DNA of 64,000 nt from Pseudobdellovibrionaceae bacterium (GCA_043747555.1 JAYTOY010000047.1:5063-69062), one strand, 5' to 3'; numbered from the stretch's first letter, positions 10,513 to 20,622 are shown. Program-made: numbers and translations. The notes: a model not told the origin generated them from the sequence alone.

Positions 10513-11325
10513 ATGACTCCAGAAATGGCCGCTCTCAAAGATCGACTTAAATCAACTTGGCAAGCGGGTGACTATGGAATTTTTGCGAAGTACCTAGAAA
10601 AGGGCGCGCTTGAATTTTTTGATCGACTTGATATTTCACCGGGCACCAAAATGCTTGATGTTGGGTGCGGCGCGGGACAGCTGACGATTCCTGCCGCTCG
10701 AAAAGGCATTCAAGTCACAGGCCTTGATCTTGCGGCAAATCTTGTTCAACAAGCGACAGCTAAAGCGGCTGCTGAAGGTCTAAAAATTGATTTTTTAGAA
10801 GGCGATGCCGAAGCACTCCCATTTCAAGATCATTGCTTTGATGTTGTCTTGAGTTTAATTGGTTCCATGTTTGCGCCTCGCCCGGAACTTGTCGCTTCGG
10901 AAATGATTCGGGTGTGCAAGCCCAACGGAAAAATTATTATGGGAAATTGGACGCCTGAAGGACATGTCGGTCAGATGTTTAAAATCATTGGCAAACACGT
11001 CCCGCCGCCAGCAAATTTTCCCTCGCCACTTTTGTGGGGCAATGAGAAGATTTGCCGACAGCGTTTAAGTAACGAGGCTTTAAAAGACCTTCGAATCACT
11101 CGCTATTTATATCCGTTTGAATATCCGTTTTCTCCGGCTAAGGTTGTGGATTTTTTTATTGAATATTACGGTCCCACCAACCGCAGCTATGCTTCGCTGA
11201 ATGAAATAGGAAAAGTCACTTTTCATAGTGACTTGACCGATCTATGGACCCGCAACAACACAGCTACGGATGGAGGCACCAAAATTCTAGCTGAGTATAT
11301 TGAAGTGATTGGGTACAGGGTTTAA
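10513..11325 (+). CDS. Class I SAM-dependent methyltransferase (Methyltransf_11-like)
   Basis: MLDVGCGAGQLTIPAARKG, LEGDAEALPF, FDVVLS. Confidence 0.85.
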   Translation: MTPEMAALKDRLKSTWQAGDYGIFAKYLEKGALEFFDRLDISPGTKMLDVGCGAGQLTIPAARKGIQVTGLDLAANLVQQATAKAAAEGLKIDFLEGDAEALPFQDHCFDVVLSLIGSMFAPRPELVASEMIRVCKPNGKIIMGNWTPEGHVGQMFKIIGKHVPPPANFPSPLLWGNEKICRQRLSNEALKDLRITRYLYPFEYPFSPAKVVDFFIEYYGPTNRSYASLNEIGKVTFHSDLTDLWTRNNTATDGGTKILAEYIEVIGYRV

Positions 11326-11433
11326 GCAAACAGGGCGTTCTAATTAAAGCAAAGGATAAACAGCCTTTGCTGACCTAACAGCCCCGGCGATACTTCCTCC
11401 ACCGAATGCGTCGCCGGCTAAAAAAATCGTTTC

Positions 11434-12101
11434 TTATTCCAACGAAATAAATAATTCCGGAAAGATCGTTTTTGGCCGACTGTAACGCCATTTTTTAATT
11501 TGCGCCTTGTTGATTTTGAAAGGGCCTCTTACTTGGTTTTTTAGTTCGATTTCCACTTTTTCCAGAATGGCCGCGTCTTTTAAATTAAAGTGTTGCTCAC
11601 TCCAAAAATCATTCATCACGACCGTTAACGCCAAATTTTTACTGATCCCTTTGGCGAGCATATCTGCAAATGCACCGTTCAGTATTGAAGTTGCTGCTAT
11701 CGGCGCTTGATCCAAATGCCGATTAAATTCCCGTCGTACATCCAAATTGCGATTTGTTCCAGGTATTAGCTGAGTATAATCGATGGAAAAAATCGCGGGA
11801 CCTTAGCCTTGACGGCAGCCTCAAGTAATTTAGTCTGTGCCCCTATAATAACAGGACGCAGACCACTCAGCGCTGAAATGATACAAGTTCCGCCTTCAAC
11901 ACTTTCGAAAAGCGAACTTGGAGAATTCCAATCCACTTCTTTCAACTCAGCACCCATGCACTTTAATTTTTCTAACTTCGCTAGATCATTTCCAGGGCGA
12001 ACTAAGGCTCGCACCCTGACCTGTTGTCGAGTCAAGTTTTGAGCAATGCGCTCTCCCAAATTTCCAGTGGTTCCCGCTAACACAATCAATTCTTTGGTCA
12101 T
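11434..12101 (-). pseudogene. NmrA/atypical-SDR family NAD(P)-binding protein, frame-disrupted
   Basis: The N-terminal ORF has VLAGTTGNLG (Rossmann) and ends ...VPRFFPSIILS*. The continuation ...IDYTQLIPGTNRNLDVRREF... is open in the -1 frame. The switch must lie near 11745-11790. Confidence 0.62.
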
Positions 12102-12218
12102 GGAAGAATCATAACTTTAATTGCAAAATTGAACGATAGCTTAATACCAATAATCCCTTCGTAGGTCCATTTAGTTTGCCTAAAAATGAGGCCATACTAA
12201 GTACATCCGGGGGATCGA

Positions 12219-12746
12219 ATGCAATTTTTCACAATTTTTTTAGGCCTTTTCTTGTTTTTACCATTCCAAACAGCTCAGGCTACAGAATTTTCGAACCAAG
12301 TCCCCATCTTAGATTTTCATCAAGTCACGCAACACATCTCCAGAGGCGCACGTCCCCATAAAATTGGTTTAGAGGCCCTTGCAAAAATGGGTGTAAAAAC
12401 TATTTTAAATATTGATAACGATAAACCTGAAATCGCCGATGAAGCCAAAAATTCTCAAGCCTTAGGACTTCGGATGATCTCGCTTCCAATGTCAGGTTTT
12501 TGGAAACCAAAAGACGCACAAGTTGAAAAAATTCTGGCCGTTTTAAGGAACCCTGCCAATTACCCTTTGTTTATTCATTGCAAACACGGGCACGACAGAA
12601 CTGGGTTGATCATGGGCCTTTACCGGATTCAAGAGCAAAACTGGCCAGCCCAAGAGGCTTACGCCGAGATGCTTAAATTAGGATTTCATAAGCAGCTGGT
12701 ATTTTTAGATCATTATTTTAAACAAAAAACAGGGCTCGACGACTAG
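12219..12746 (+). CDS. Secreted Cys-based (dual-specificity/tyrosine) protein phosphatase family protein
   Basis: Signal peptide ...PFQTAQA. Canonical P-loop HCKHGHDRTG (CX5R). Confidence 0.8.
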   Translation: MQFFTIFLGLFLFLPFQTAQATEFSNQVPILDFHQVTQHISRGARPHKIGLEALAKMGVKTILNIDNDKPEIADEAKNSQALGLRMISLPMSGFWKPKDAQVEKILAVLRNPANYPLFIHCKHGHDRTGLIMGLYRIQEQNWPAQEAYAEMLKLGFHKQLVFLDHYFKQKTGLDD

Positions 12747-12770
12747 ATTTTAAAATTTCGTAGGCCTCAT

Positions 12771-12794
12771 AAAAAAACCCGCTTAAAAAGCGGG
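12771..12794 (-). terminator. Rho-independent terminator of the fasciclin gene (weakly bidirectional)
   Basis: CCCGCTT-AAA-AAGCGGG stem, followed on the minus strand by TTTTTTT. Confidence 0.75.
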
Positions 12795-12823
12795 CTTCGT
12801 ATATTGCGACTGTCTACAAATAA

Positions 12824-13408
12824 TTACTTGGGCATTACAACTGTATCGACAACGTGAATCACGCCATTTTTTTGGTAAACGTCAGCAATTGTTACTTTCG
12901 ACATTCCGCCCTTTTCATCTTTTAACATCACATCAGAACCTTGTAACATTGCAGACAATGTTCCACCAGAAACTGTCTTCATTGTTGCTGTGCCGTGACC
13001 TTTTTTAATCATCGAGACAAGTGATTTAGAATCAACGTTTCCAGCTACAACATGATAAGTCAGAACTTTTGTTAAAGTTGCTTTTGCTTCTGGCTTTAAT
13101 AAACCATCAACGGTTCCAGCCGGAAGTTTTGCAAATGCTTCATTTGTTGGAGCAAAAACTGTAAATGGTCCTGCACCTTTTAAAGTATCTACTAATCCTG
13201 CCGCTTTAACAGCTGCAACTAATGTCGTGTGATCCTGTGAGTTCACAGCATTATCAATGATATCTTTTGACGGATACATTGCGGCTCCGCCCACTTCCAC
13301 AGTTTTTTCAGCTGCTTTATCGGCACCCATTTTTTCGTTTTTTGCCTTAGCTTGAACAACACCAGCTGTCATTGCGCTGACTAAAATCACTGCTAATAAT
13401 TTTCTCAT
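12824..13408 (-). CDS. Fasciclin (FAS1) domain secreted protein
   Basis: Signal peptide. TVFAPTNEAFAKLPAGTVDGLL and VIHVVDTVVMP are FAS1 H1/H2-type motifs. Confidence 0.9.
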   Translation of the reverse strand: MRKLLAVILVSAMTAGVVQAKAKNEKMGADKAAEKTVEVGGAAMYPSKDIIDNAVNSQDHTTLVAAVKAAGLVDTLKGAGPFTVFAPTNEAFAKLPAGTVDGLLKPEAKATLTKVLTYHVVAGNVDSKSLVSMIKKGHGTATMKTVSGGTLSAMLQGSDVMLKDEKGGMSKVTIADVYQKNGVIHVVDTVVMPK

Positions 13409-13607
13409 CCTGATCTACTCCCTTTTGTTTTAGTGTCAGTTTATCTGCCACCAAAGAAGGGTGACATAAACCAGTTTTCCAGACAAGAAGGTATTTTCTA
13501 CTTTTGACGCACTCTTATTGTACCGCCCCGAGGGGCTACCTAGCCAAAGACCCGGTCTGGCCTGAAAATAATTTGTGAAATCACAAATATTATCTTTAAA
13601 ATAAGCC

Positions 13608-14039
13608 ATGGAACAAATCGTTATGCATGCCTATACAAGCCAATTTTTACTGCCGATGGATCAGGAAGAAATTAAAAAAATCTTAACTGTTTCTCAAAAA
13701 AATAATCTTCGAGATGGGATCACTGGGTTTTTAACGGTGCGGGGTGAATATTTCCTGCAGGTGCTAGAGGGGCCTGAATCCTTAGTCAGAGACTGCTATG
13801 CCCGCATTGCACTAGATCCTCGGCATAAATTACTAACTGTGCAAGGCGAAGCTTTCAGCAAAGAGCGCCTTATGCCAAAGTGGAGCATGGGCCTAGTTCC
13901 GATGAATGAAAAACTGAAATCATCGCAAGATATCCTTGAATTGTTTGAACTTGGTCGTGCCGGAAAACCCTTTTCCAATAACACCAGTCTAATGTCGATG
14001 CTTAGAATATTCTCGAAAGAAGCCGAAGTCTTACTTTAG
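13608..14039 (+). CDS. Short standalone BLUF protein (second copy)
   Basis: HAYTSQ (Tyr), ITGFL, FLQVLEGP (Gln), DPRH and PKWSMGL (Trp/Met). Confidence 0.85.
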   Translation: MEQIVMHAYTSQFLLPMDQEEIKKILTVSQKNNLRDGITGFLTVRGEYFLQVLEGPESLVRDCYARIALDPRHKLLTVQGEAFSKERLMPKWSMGLVPMNEKLKSSQDILELFELGRAGKPFSNNTSLMSMLRIFSKEAEVLL

Positions 14040-14578
14040 TTTTTAAAAGAGAAAGACTGCACTTCCCCCTGTTCCATTATTTCGCCGACTTGAATCATTA
14101 AGGACCCGCCATTATGAACTAAGGTCCACCTGTTATCTCGTTGAAGTTTTGCTTCCAAACGGTTTAAAAACTCAGATGTGAAAGAAAAAACCTGCAGCTG
14201 GTTTGAATTAAAAATTTTATTATCATGAATTTCGCGAATCAATACTTCCGGATCTTTATAGGTGTAGATTTTTACAACTTTTGCGGCTTTTGAGGCTTTA
14301 TGAATTTTGCGCGCACTTGGATTTCCAATTTCGATCCAAAGTGAAATTCCGTGACCGTCCTTTTGCCACAATGCGGGCTGATCAGGGTCTCCCAATCCGG
14401 CCGATGAAAACTCTAGGCTTTCACGATCATTTAAGGCGTAAGCTAACACTCGAGTCAGTAAGTAATGTGGCGCTTCCGAGGGATGTTTTGCAATTCGAAT
14501 ATCGATCTCCTTATAAACCTCTCGGTCGATATCAGACAGCGCAATTCGGAATCGATGTAAAATGGAAGCTATTGCCAT
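14036..14578 (-). CDS. yaeQ: YaeQ family protein
   Basis: The N-terminus ...FRIALSDIDREVYKEIDIRIAKHPSEAPHYLLTRVLAYAL follows the YaeQ signature (ARHPSE...R.LA.AL). Confidence 0.82.
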   Translation of the reverse strand: MAIASILHRFRIALSDIDREVYKEIDIRIAKHPSEAPHYLLTRVLAYALNDRESLEFSSAGLGDPDQPALWQKDGHGISLWIEIGNPSARKIHKASKAAKVVKIYTYKDPEVLIREIHDNKIFNSNQLQVFSFTSEFLNRLEAKLQRDNRWTLVHNGGSLMIQVGEIMEQGEVQSFSFKN

Positions 14579-14623
14579 AGGAGTAACTTACATGCCACAA
14601 GCCCTGATGGCTAAGAAAAACAC

Positions 14624-17116
14624 CTAAGAATTCCTGGCCCACTGCTGGGTAAGGGCATCGAGCTTTTCAAAGTCCACCGGTTTGCTAATAAAATCATTCA
14701 TTCCGGCAGCCAGGCAAGCATCTCGATCCCGCGAAAGGGCGTTTGCTGTCATCGCAATAATAGGAATTTTTTCATTCCATTTTTTGTCGCCATTCTGTCG
14801 AATTATTTTTGTGGCTTCATATCCGTCTAGCTCTGGCATTTGGCAATCCATCAAAATCAAATCAAATTTTTCTGATTCCAGCAGCTTTAAACACTCTTTT
14901 CCGTTCGAAACAATTTTAAAATCGTGTCCCAACTTTTGAATCATAGCAGCGGCCACTTTTTGATTGATCGAATTATCTTCTGCCACCAGAATCTTTAATT
15001 TTACATTGTCTAGTGATCGAGCCCTCATATTTTCAATCAGAATACCTTCTGCTTTTTTCAATTCAATCTCAAACCAAAATAGGCTTCCGCTGCCAATGAG
15101 GCTTTTCATTTGAACTTCACCCTTCATCAATTGAACTAAATGACGACAGATCGAAAGTCCAAGGCCCGTCCCGCCAAATTTCCTTGTGGTCGAACTATCT
15201 GCTTGCTGAAAAGGTTGAAACAATTTTGACGCGACTTCAGGTGTCATACCAATCCCCGTATCTTGAACTTCAAAACGAAACTTAAAGCAGTTTTCTTTTG
15301 CAGAAACCACCATGGATCGGACAGTGACGGTTCCAGACTCAGTGAATTTTACGGCATTGGAAATTAAATTTAAGAGAACTTGTCGGACTTTTCCGGGGTC
15401 TCCAAGGACATTCGTGGCAGAGCCCTCATCGATTTCTAAATTTAATTTCAAGCTTTTACTTTCGGCTAAATACTGCATGGATTTGCAGGTGTCCCGAACA
15501 AGGGATGCCATCTCAAAATGAGTTTCCTCCAAATTCATTTTTCCTGCTTCGATCTTTGATAAATCAAGAATGTCATTTACAATCATCAATAAACTATTGG
15601 CACACCCACGAATGATTTGCAGATGTTCTTGCTGGTCTGAATCCAACTTAGAATCCATCATAATTTGAGCCATCCCGATCACACCATTGATGGGAGTTCG
15701 AATTTCATGGCTCATGTTTGCAAGGAAGTTTGTCTTAAGGTCTGACGCCTGCTTAGCTTCAAGGGCAATCTGCGTCAGCTGCTCGTTGAGCCTTTTTAAT
15801 TGTAGTTCATCGGCTTTTCTTTTTGTAATGTCTGCGATAAAAGAGGTGAAAGTAAATTTTCCATCAACGTCAATAGCGCTGATTGATAATTGAACGGGGA
15901 ACTCTTCGCCGGATTTTCTGATTGCCAAAAGTTCAATGCTTTGATTTAAAATACGTCCTTTTTTTGTGCTTAAAAATCTTTTCATGCCATTTTCATGGGA
16001 TTCATGAAACCTTTTTGGAATAATCAGGTCTGACATTTTTTGGCCACTGGCTTCGTTGACGGAATACCCAAAGATAGCAGTTGCTCTTGGATTCCACTGA
16101 ATCACGCGCCCATCACTGTCGATGCCGACAATGGCATCCAAGGAAGAGTCAAAAATGGCCCGAATATTGGCTTCACTTTTTTGAAAGGCTAAGGTTCTAC
16201 TTTCAACCTGACGTTCTAACGATAAGTTCGCTTCACGCAATTTATCTTCGGCCATTCGTTGCTTAATTTCTGTCCTATTCATCACCATCGATGTCCATAA
16301 GATGATCACTAAAAAGAAAACGACATTCCCCATAACAACAATCAAGGTTCCAAAATCAGCACTGAAAAGACCAATTTTTTGTCCATATATTTGCAGGGCG
16401 TTGACCAATGCAGGAATTACAGTTGCCGAGACAATCAATCGTCGACCCATCTGACCCGTCATAGTCCTTGCAGAAATGACAGCAACAAGTCCGTAATCTC
16501 GGCGCGCCCATAACACTCCAAGGCTTAAAATAATAAACAAGATGGCTGTGTGAAAGGCCATCTGGGTATAAAAAGCAGAACCGAAAGAGTAAGTGACCCC
16601 AAGAAGATAACCAGTCAAGGCTTGAAACGAGATAAGGGATGAAATAAATATCATAAACTGAGACAGCTTATAAAATTTGTAGCGCCCAGATGTCAGGATA
16701 AAACTAAGGCTAAGAAAAATAAAATTGATGGCGGTCACCGGTGCCAGTCGGCCCGGAGGAAACCGAGCCCCCGGGGGAACAGGGTCACGGAATAAAAATT
16801 CATCAATCTTAAAATCAAAACCGAAAATATATTCACAAAGAGTCAGCGACCCAATTAGAAAAATTACCATTGAAAGTATTCTTATGATGACAGTCGATGA
16901 AAAAAACTTTTCTTCTTGATAAATTCCAAGTGTAATAGAAATCAACATAAGACCAATGGCTGTATTGGCTTTCATCGCAATATATTCGGGTAAGATCGAT
17001 TTTAGTGTCGAAATATCAAAAGCCCAACCCAAAAGAACAAGGGCCGAAATAAAAAGACCTGTCGCCACACATAAAGGAACGAATTGATCGCCGCGAAGGC
17101 CGCTATTTTTTTTCAT
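14624..17116 (-). CDS. Hybrid sensor histidine kinase/response regulator (multi-TM N-terminus, PAS, HisKA, HATPase, REC)
   Basis: FLANMSHEIRTPINGV (H-box), DTGIGM and GGTGLGLSI (G-boxes), KILVAEDNSINQ...LILMDCQMPELDG (REC). Confidence 0.92.
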   Translation of the reverse strand: MKKNSGLRGDQFVPLCVATGLFISALVLLGWAFDISTLKSILPEYIAMKANTAIGLMLISITLGIYQEEKFFSSTVIIRILSMVIFLIGSLTLCEYIFGFDFKIDEFLFRDPVPPGARFPPGRLAPVTAINFIFLSLSFILTSGRYKFYKLSQFMIFISSLISFQALTGYLLGVTYSFGSAFYTQMAFHTAILFIILSLGVLWARRDYGLVAVISARTMTGQMGRRLIVSATVIPALVNALQIYGQKIGLFSADFGTLIVVMGNVVFFLVIILWTSMVMNRTEIKQRMAEDKLREANLSLERQVESRTLAFQKSEANIRAIFDSSLDAIVGIDSDGRVIQWNPRATAIFGYSVNEASGQKMSDLIIPKRFHESHENGMKRFLSTKKGRILNQSIELLAIRKSGEEFPVQLSISAIDVDGKFTFTSFIADITKRKADELQLKRLNEQLTQIALEAKQASDLKTNFLANMSHEIRTPINGVIGMAQIMMDSKLDSDQQEHLQIIRGCANSLLMIVNDILDLSKIEAGKMNLEETHFEMASLVRDTCKSMQYLAESKSLKLNLEIDEGSATNVLGDPGKVRQVLLNLISNAVKFTESGTVTVRSMVVSAKENCFKFRFEVQDTGIGMTPEVASKLFQPFQQADSSTTRKFGGTGLGLSICRHLVQLMKGEVQMKSLIGSGSLFWFEIELKKAEGILIENMRARSLDNVKLKILVAEDNSINQKVAAAMIQKLGHDFKIVSNGKECLKLLESEKFDLILMDCQMPELDGYEATKIIRQNGDKKWNEKIPIIAMTANALSRDRDACLAAGMNDFISKPVDFEKLDALTQQWARNS

Positions 17117-17241
17117 AGATTTATTCTAGAAGAAAACGTTTTTGCGCGCACCCCATTTAAAATGCCCTCGACCCCACTAAAGTCTGGCGTTTTGGAAGAT
17201 TTTTTGCCAATCTTCTATTGTGGTGGCGGTAGGAGTTATAT

Positions 17242-17721
17242 TTGGCAAACACTAAATTTCTTATGAATTCTAAAATTGGACCTCTTTACTTAGTCGCTTC
17301 AGAGCGAGGTCTTCAATCAGTTTCTTTTGATAACAAGGAAGCTGAAAAAGTTTTGGGGATTAACGGATCTTCGCCAGCGTCCCAAGTTTTAAATAAGGCC
17401 GTCAAGCAACTGGAAGAGTACTTCTCTGGAAAAAGAAAAAAATTCGATCTTCCCCTAGACTTGAAAGGCACCGAATTTCAGAAAAAAGTTTGGCGCCAGT
17501 TACTGAAGATTAAATACGGTGAAACCTTAGCTTACAAAGATATAGCTAATCAAATTAAAAATCAAAAAGCAGTCAGGGCTGTTGGCAGCGCTAATGGGAA
17601 AAATCCAGTTTGCATTATTATCCCCTGCCACAGAGTTATCGCTGCCGATGGAAGTGCTGGCGGATACTCAGGCGGCCTTCAAATCAAACTTAAACTGTTA
17701 GCTCTGGAAGCCGACTGTTGA
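17242..17721 (+). CDS. ogt: Methylated-DNA-protein-cysteine methyltransferase
   Basis: Active site IIPCHRVI. TTG 17242 lies 6 nt after AGGAG. Alternative ATG at 17263. Confidence 0.9.
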   Translation: MANTKFLMNSKIGPLYLVASERGLQSVSFDNKEAEKVLGINGSSPASQVLNKAVKQLEEYFSGKRKKFDLPLDLKGTEFQKKVWRQLLKIKYGETLAYKDIANQIKNQKAVRAVGSANGKNPVCIIIPCHRVIAADGSAGGYSGGLQIKLKLLALEADC

Positions 17722-19049
17722 AAATAACTCAATTCCTAAGGCTCCCTGAAACAGCCACTGCCCCATTTTGCCCTTCCGAAGTTCAAGGTTCTATAAAAGT
17801 TCCGGACGGTTTGTCCACTTGGAAAAAAATCCTTATATTTTTAGGGCCAGGGCTTTTAGTGTCCGTCGGATATATGGATCCCGGCAATTGGGCCACCGAT
17901 ATTGAAGCCGGTTCGAAATATGGCTATGCACTTTTATTTGTAGTTCTATTTTCTAGCTTAGCGGCCATTGTTTTACAGTGCCTCAGTATGCGAATTGGTA
18001 TTGTTACGGGTCAAGATCTCGCTCAAATCACTCGCCAAAAATATTCTAAAAAAGTATCCCTTCTTTCTTGGCTGTTAGCTGAAATCGCCATTATTGCGAC
18101 CGATGTTGCCGAGGTTCTTGGCAGCGCCTTGGCATTTAAACTTTTGTTAGGCGTATCCTTAAAAGTTGGAATCTTACTGACGGCTCTGGATACTTTTATA
18201 ATTTTAGGTTTAAAAGGAAAGGGTTTCCGTCAGGTCGAGGCCATTATCTTAGGACTTATTTTAACAATTGGAAGCTGCTACATTGCAGAACTTTGGTGGC
18301 TAAAGCCAGACTGGCAACAAGTGATGTCAGGCTACGTCCCTTCCCTTTCAAACTTGCAAGGTTTTGAACCCTGGTATCTAGCCATCGGTATCTTGGGAGC
18401 CACTGTGATGCCGCACAATCTTTACCTGCACTCATCGATTGTTCAAACCAGGCACGTCCCAAAAAACATTGAAGGAAAAAAATCAGCATTAAGATTTAGC
18501 ACCCTGGATACCGTTGCTTCTCTGTCTTTAGCTTTTCTAGTCAATTCAGCAATTCTAATTTTAGCCGCTACTGCGTTTCACTCTACGGGTCATAAAGAAG
18601 TGATTGAAATTGATCAAGCTTACCGCTTATTAAATCCCGTCGTAGGCAGTTCGATCGCAGCATTTCTTTTTGGATTTGCACTTTTGGCGGCAGGACAAAG
18701 TTCCACATTCACCGGAACCATTGCGGGCCAAGTTATTTTAGAAGGCTTTTTAAAATTAAAAATTCCTTGTTGGCAAAGACGAGTGATCACCCGAGGCTTA
18801 GCTTTAATTCCGGCATTTATTGGTGTTAGTGTTTTAGGAGAGCAAAGCACAGGACAATTATTAGTTTTCAGCCAAGTGGTCTTATCCTTACAACTCCCCT
18901 TTGCCATTTATCCACTCATTCTCTTTGCTTCTGATTCAAATTTAATGGGCCCGCTAAAAATTGGACCTATTCTAAAAACATTGTCTTGGATATTATTTTT
19001 AATTATCACGTGCGCAAACTTAGTTCTGCTTATTAAATTCATCTCTTAG
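17718..19049 (+). CDS. mntH: Nramp-family divalent metal (Mn2+/Fe2+) transporter
   Basis: GPGLLVSVGYMDPGNWATDIEAGSKYGY and ATVMPHNLYLHSS. The TTG start overlaps the ogt stop (TTGA). Confidence 0.92.
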   Translation: MKITQFLRLPETATAPFCPSEVQGSIKVPDGLSTWKKILIFLGPGLLVSVGYMDPGNWATDIEAGSKYGYALLFVVLFSSLAAIVLQCLSMRIGIVTGQDLAQITRQKYSKKVSLLSWLLAEIAIIATDVAEVLGSALAFKLLLGVSLKVGILLTALDTFIILGLKGKGFRQVEAIILGLILTIGSCYIAELWWLKPDWQQVMSGYVPSLSNLQGFEPWYLAIGILGATVMPHNLYLHSSIVQTRHVPKNIEGKKSALRFSTLDTVASLSLAFLVNSAILILAATAFHSTGHKEVIEIDQAYRLLNPVVGSSIAAFLFGFALLAAGQSSTFTGTIAGQVILEGFLKLKIPCWQRRVITRGLALIPAFIGVSVLGEQSTGQLLVFSQVVLSLQLPFAIYPLILFASDSNLMGPLKIGPILKTLSWILFLIITCANLVLLIKFIS

Positions 19050-19164
19050 AAACCTTTGAGCAGGTCTAGCCAAACCCCACCTTAGTACTGTTTTGTTTAG
19101 TTCAGGCTGTCTAAAGGCGAGTGTATCCTTAATTCTCAATCGCAAATGACCGACAACAAACAGA

Positions 19165-20622
19165 ATGAATAAAAACGCCGCCCCTCCCATTTCGATCACT
19201 AAGATAAAGCCCCGCCAGGCCGAATCTGAACTTCGTGACACTGGTCGTATGGATATTCGTCAAAATGAAGGTGTCTCAGCAGAAATAATTTTTAATAACC
19301 AACTTCTTCCCACCAGAGTCTTTGACCTTTCGTCGACGGGAATCTGTCTTATTATTGAAGCCAACTCTGAATTAAAAATCCAACTTCTTGATATGCTAAA
19401 AATTAAAATCAATTTAGCTTGGAGCGGACCCATCATTTCAGATTACCAAGTTTGTTGGATCACACCTGTTACTACTGGTTTAAAAGTGGGACTGCGATCA
19501 TCGCTGATCCAATCAGATGTAAGTCTTGCAGACATCGATCATTCAATGGTGCCGGTTTCAGAATCATATCCCTTAATTGGTTATTTATTTAAAGATTTTC
19601 ATTATCTAGAACGTTCTATCTTTCACCTTTTAAAACTGTCTGCAAAACATGCCGTTGTTGAAGTTCATGATAAAGACCATATCTTTTTTCCTCATCAAAA
19701 AGTCGAATTACTTTTTTCAGTCCAATCCCTAAAAATGGATAAGCTTAAAGCCAGCATCGTTCAAATTCAGCCCTCGTCTAAGAACACGATCACCTTGACG
19801 CTTAAAATTGAGCAGCTGACAAAATCCTTGGAAGCCGATCTAGTTAATCAACTGGTGATAAATCCAAATGTCACTTTAGAAACCATTCGAAATGCAGGCT
19901 TTAAAATAAAAAATGTGGCTCACCATTTTCGTTTTCGATTCGTAAAAACCCAAGAAGAATACGAACAAGTTCTTGCCTTGCGATTTGCAGCCTATAAATC
20001 CGCCGGTAAAGTCACTGCAGAGACTAATATCGGATCGATGGCAGCACCTCTAGATCACATCAGTCGAATTCTCATTGCCCTTCATGGTGATAAAGTGATT
20101 GCCTCCGTTTCACTTTCTTTTCCCGAAACAAACGATACAACCATGGACACAGAAAGACCCTTGAAGGGTGGATATCCGGATTTTATTCCTCCCAAGATCG
20201 AAATGATCGAAGTCGCTCGTCTGTGCACAGATCCTGAGTACCGCCGAGGCGATTTGTTGCTTCGAATGTTTGAAAATATTTATAAGGTACTTGCCTCGTC
20301 TAACCGAAAATATTTAATAACCTCCACAGATAAAAATCTTTGGCCCCTGTATAAAAACTTAGGTTTCAAAAAAGTGGGTTTAAGGTACGATCATCCGTAC
20401 CTTGCAGGAATTGAACATGAAGTTATTTTAGTCCATGTCAATGTTGCGACATCCGGCAAGGGTATCGATCCTTTACGGTGGTGGTTTTTGTACTCCAAGA
20501 TGACCCAATTTATTGAAAAACGGGAAAAGATTGAACGCTCAAATTACTTAAAAGGTAGATATTTTTTATTTAAAACATCTGCAAAAATTTTAGATGCTTA
20601 TTTTAAATTAGTTAAAAAATAG
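19165..20622 (+). CDS. PilZ domain protein fused to a GNAT-fold N-acyltransferase (N-acyl amino acid synthase/OlsB-like)
   Basis: RDTGR (RxxxR) and DLSSTG (DxSxxG) lie about 25 aa apart. C-terminal FRFRFVKTQEEYEQVLALRFAAYK ... EVARLCTDPEYRRGDLLLRMF ... LYKNLGFK. Confidence 0.7.
   Translation: MNKNAAPPISITKIKPRQAESELRDTGRMDIRQNEGVSAEIIFNNQLLPTRVFDLSSTGICLIIEANSELKIQLLDMLKIKINLAWSGPIISDYQVCWITPVTTGLKVGLRSSLIQSDVSLADIDHSMVPVSESYPLIGYLFKDFHYLERSIFHLLKLSAKHAVVEVHDKDHIFFPHQKVELLFSVQSLKMDKLKASIVQIQPSSKNTITLTLKIEQLTKSLEADLVNQLVINPNVTLETIRNAGFKIKNVAHHFRFRFVKTQEEYEQVLALRFAAYKSAGKVTAETNIGSMAAPLDHISRILIALHGDKVIASVSLSFPETNDTTMDTERPLKGGYPDFIPPKIEMIEVARLCTDPEYRRGDLLLRMFENIYKVLASSNRKYLITSTDKNLWPLYKNLGFKKVGLRYDHPYLAGIEHEVILVHVNVATSGKGIDPLRWWFLYSKMTQFIEKREKIERSNYLKGRYFLFKTSAKILDAYFKLVKK

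Noticed and set aside
13571-13588. Reading the TGTGA..TCACA palindrome as a CRP/cAMP receptor site
   Set aside because: CRP sites need TGTGA-N6-TCACA and here the spacer is 2 nt. It is kept only as an unassigned operator candidate.
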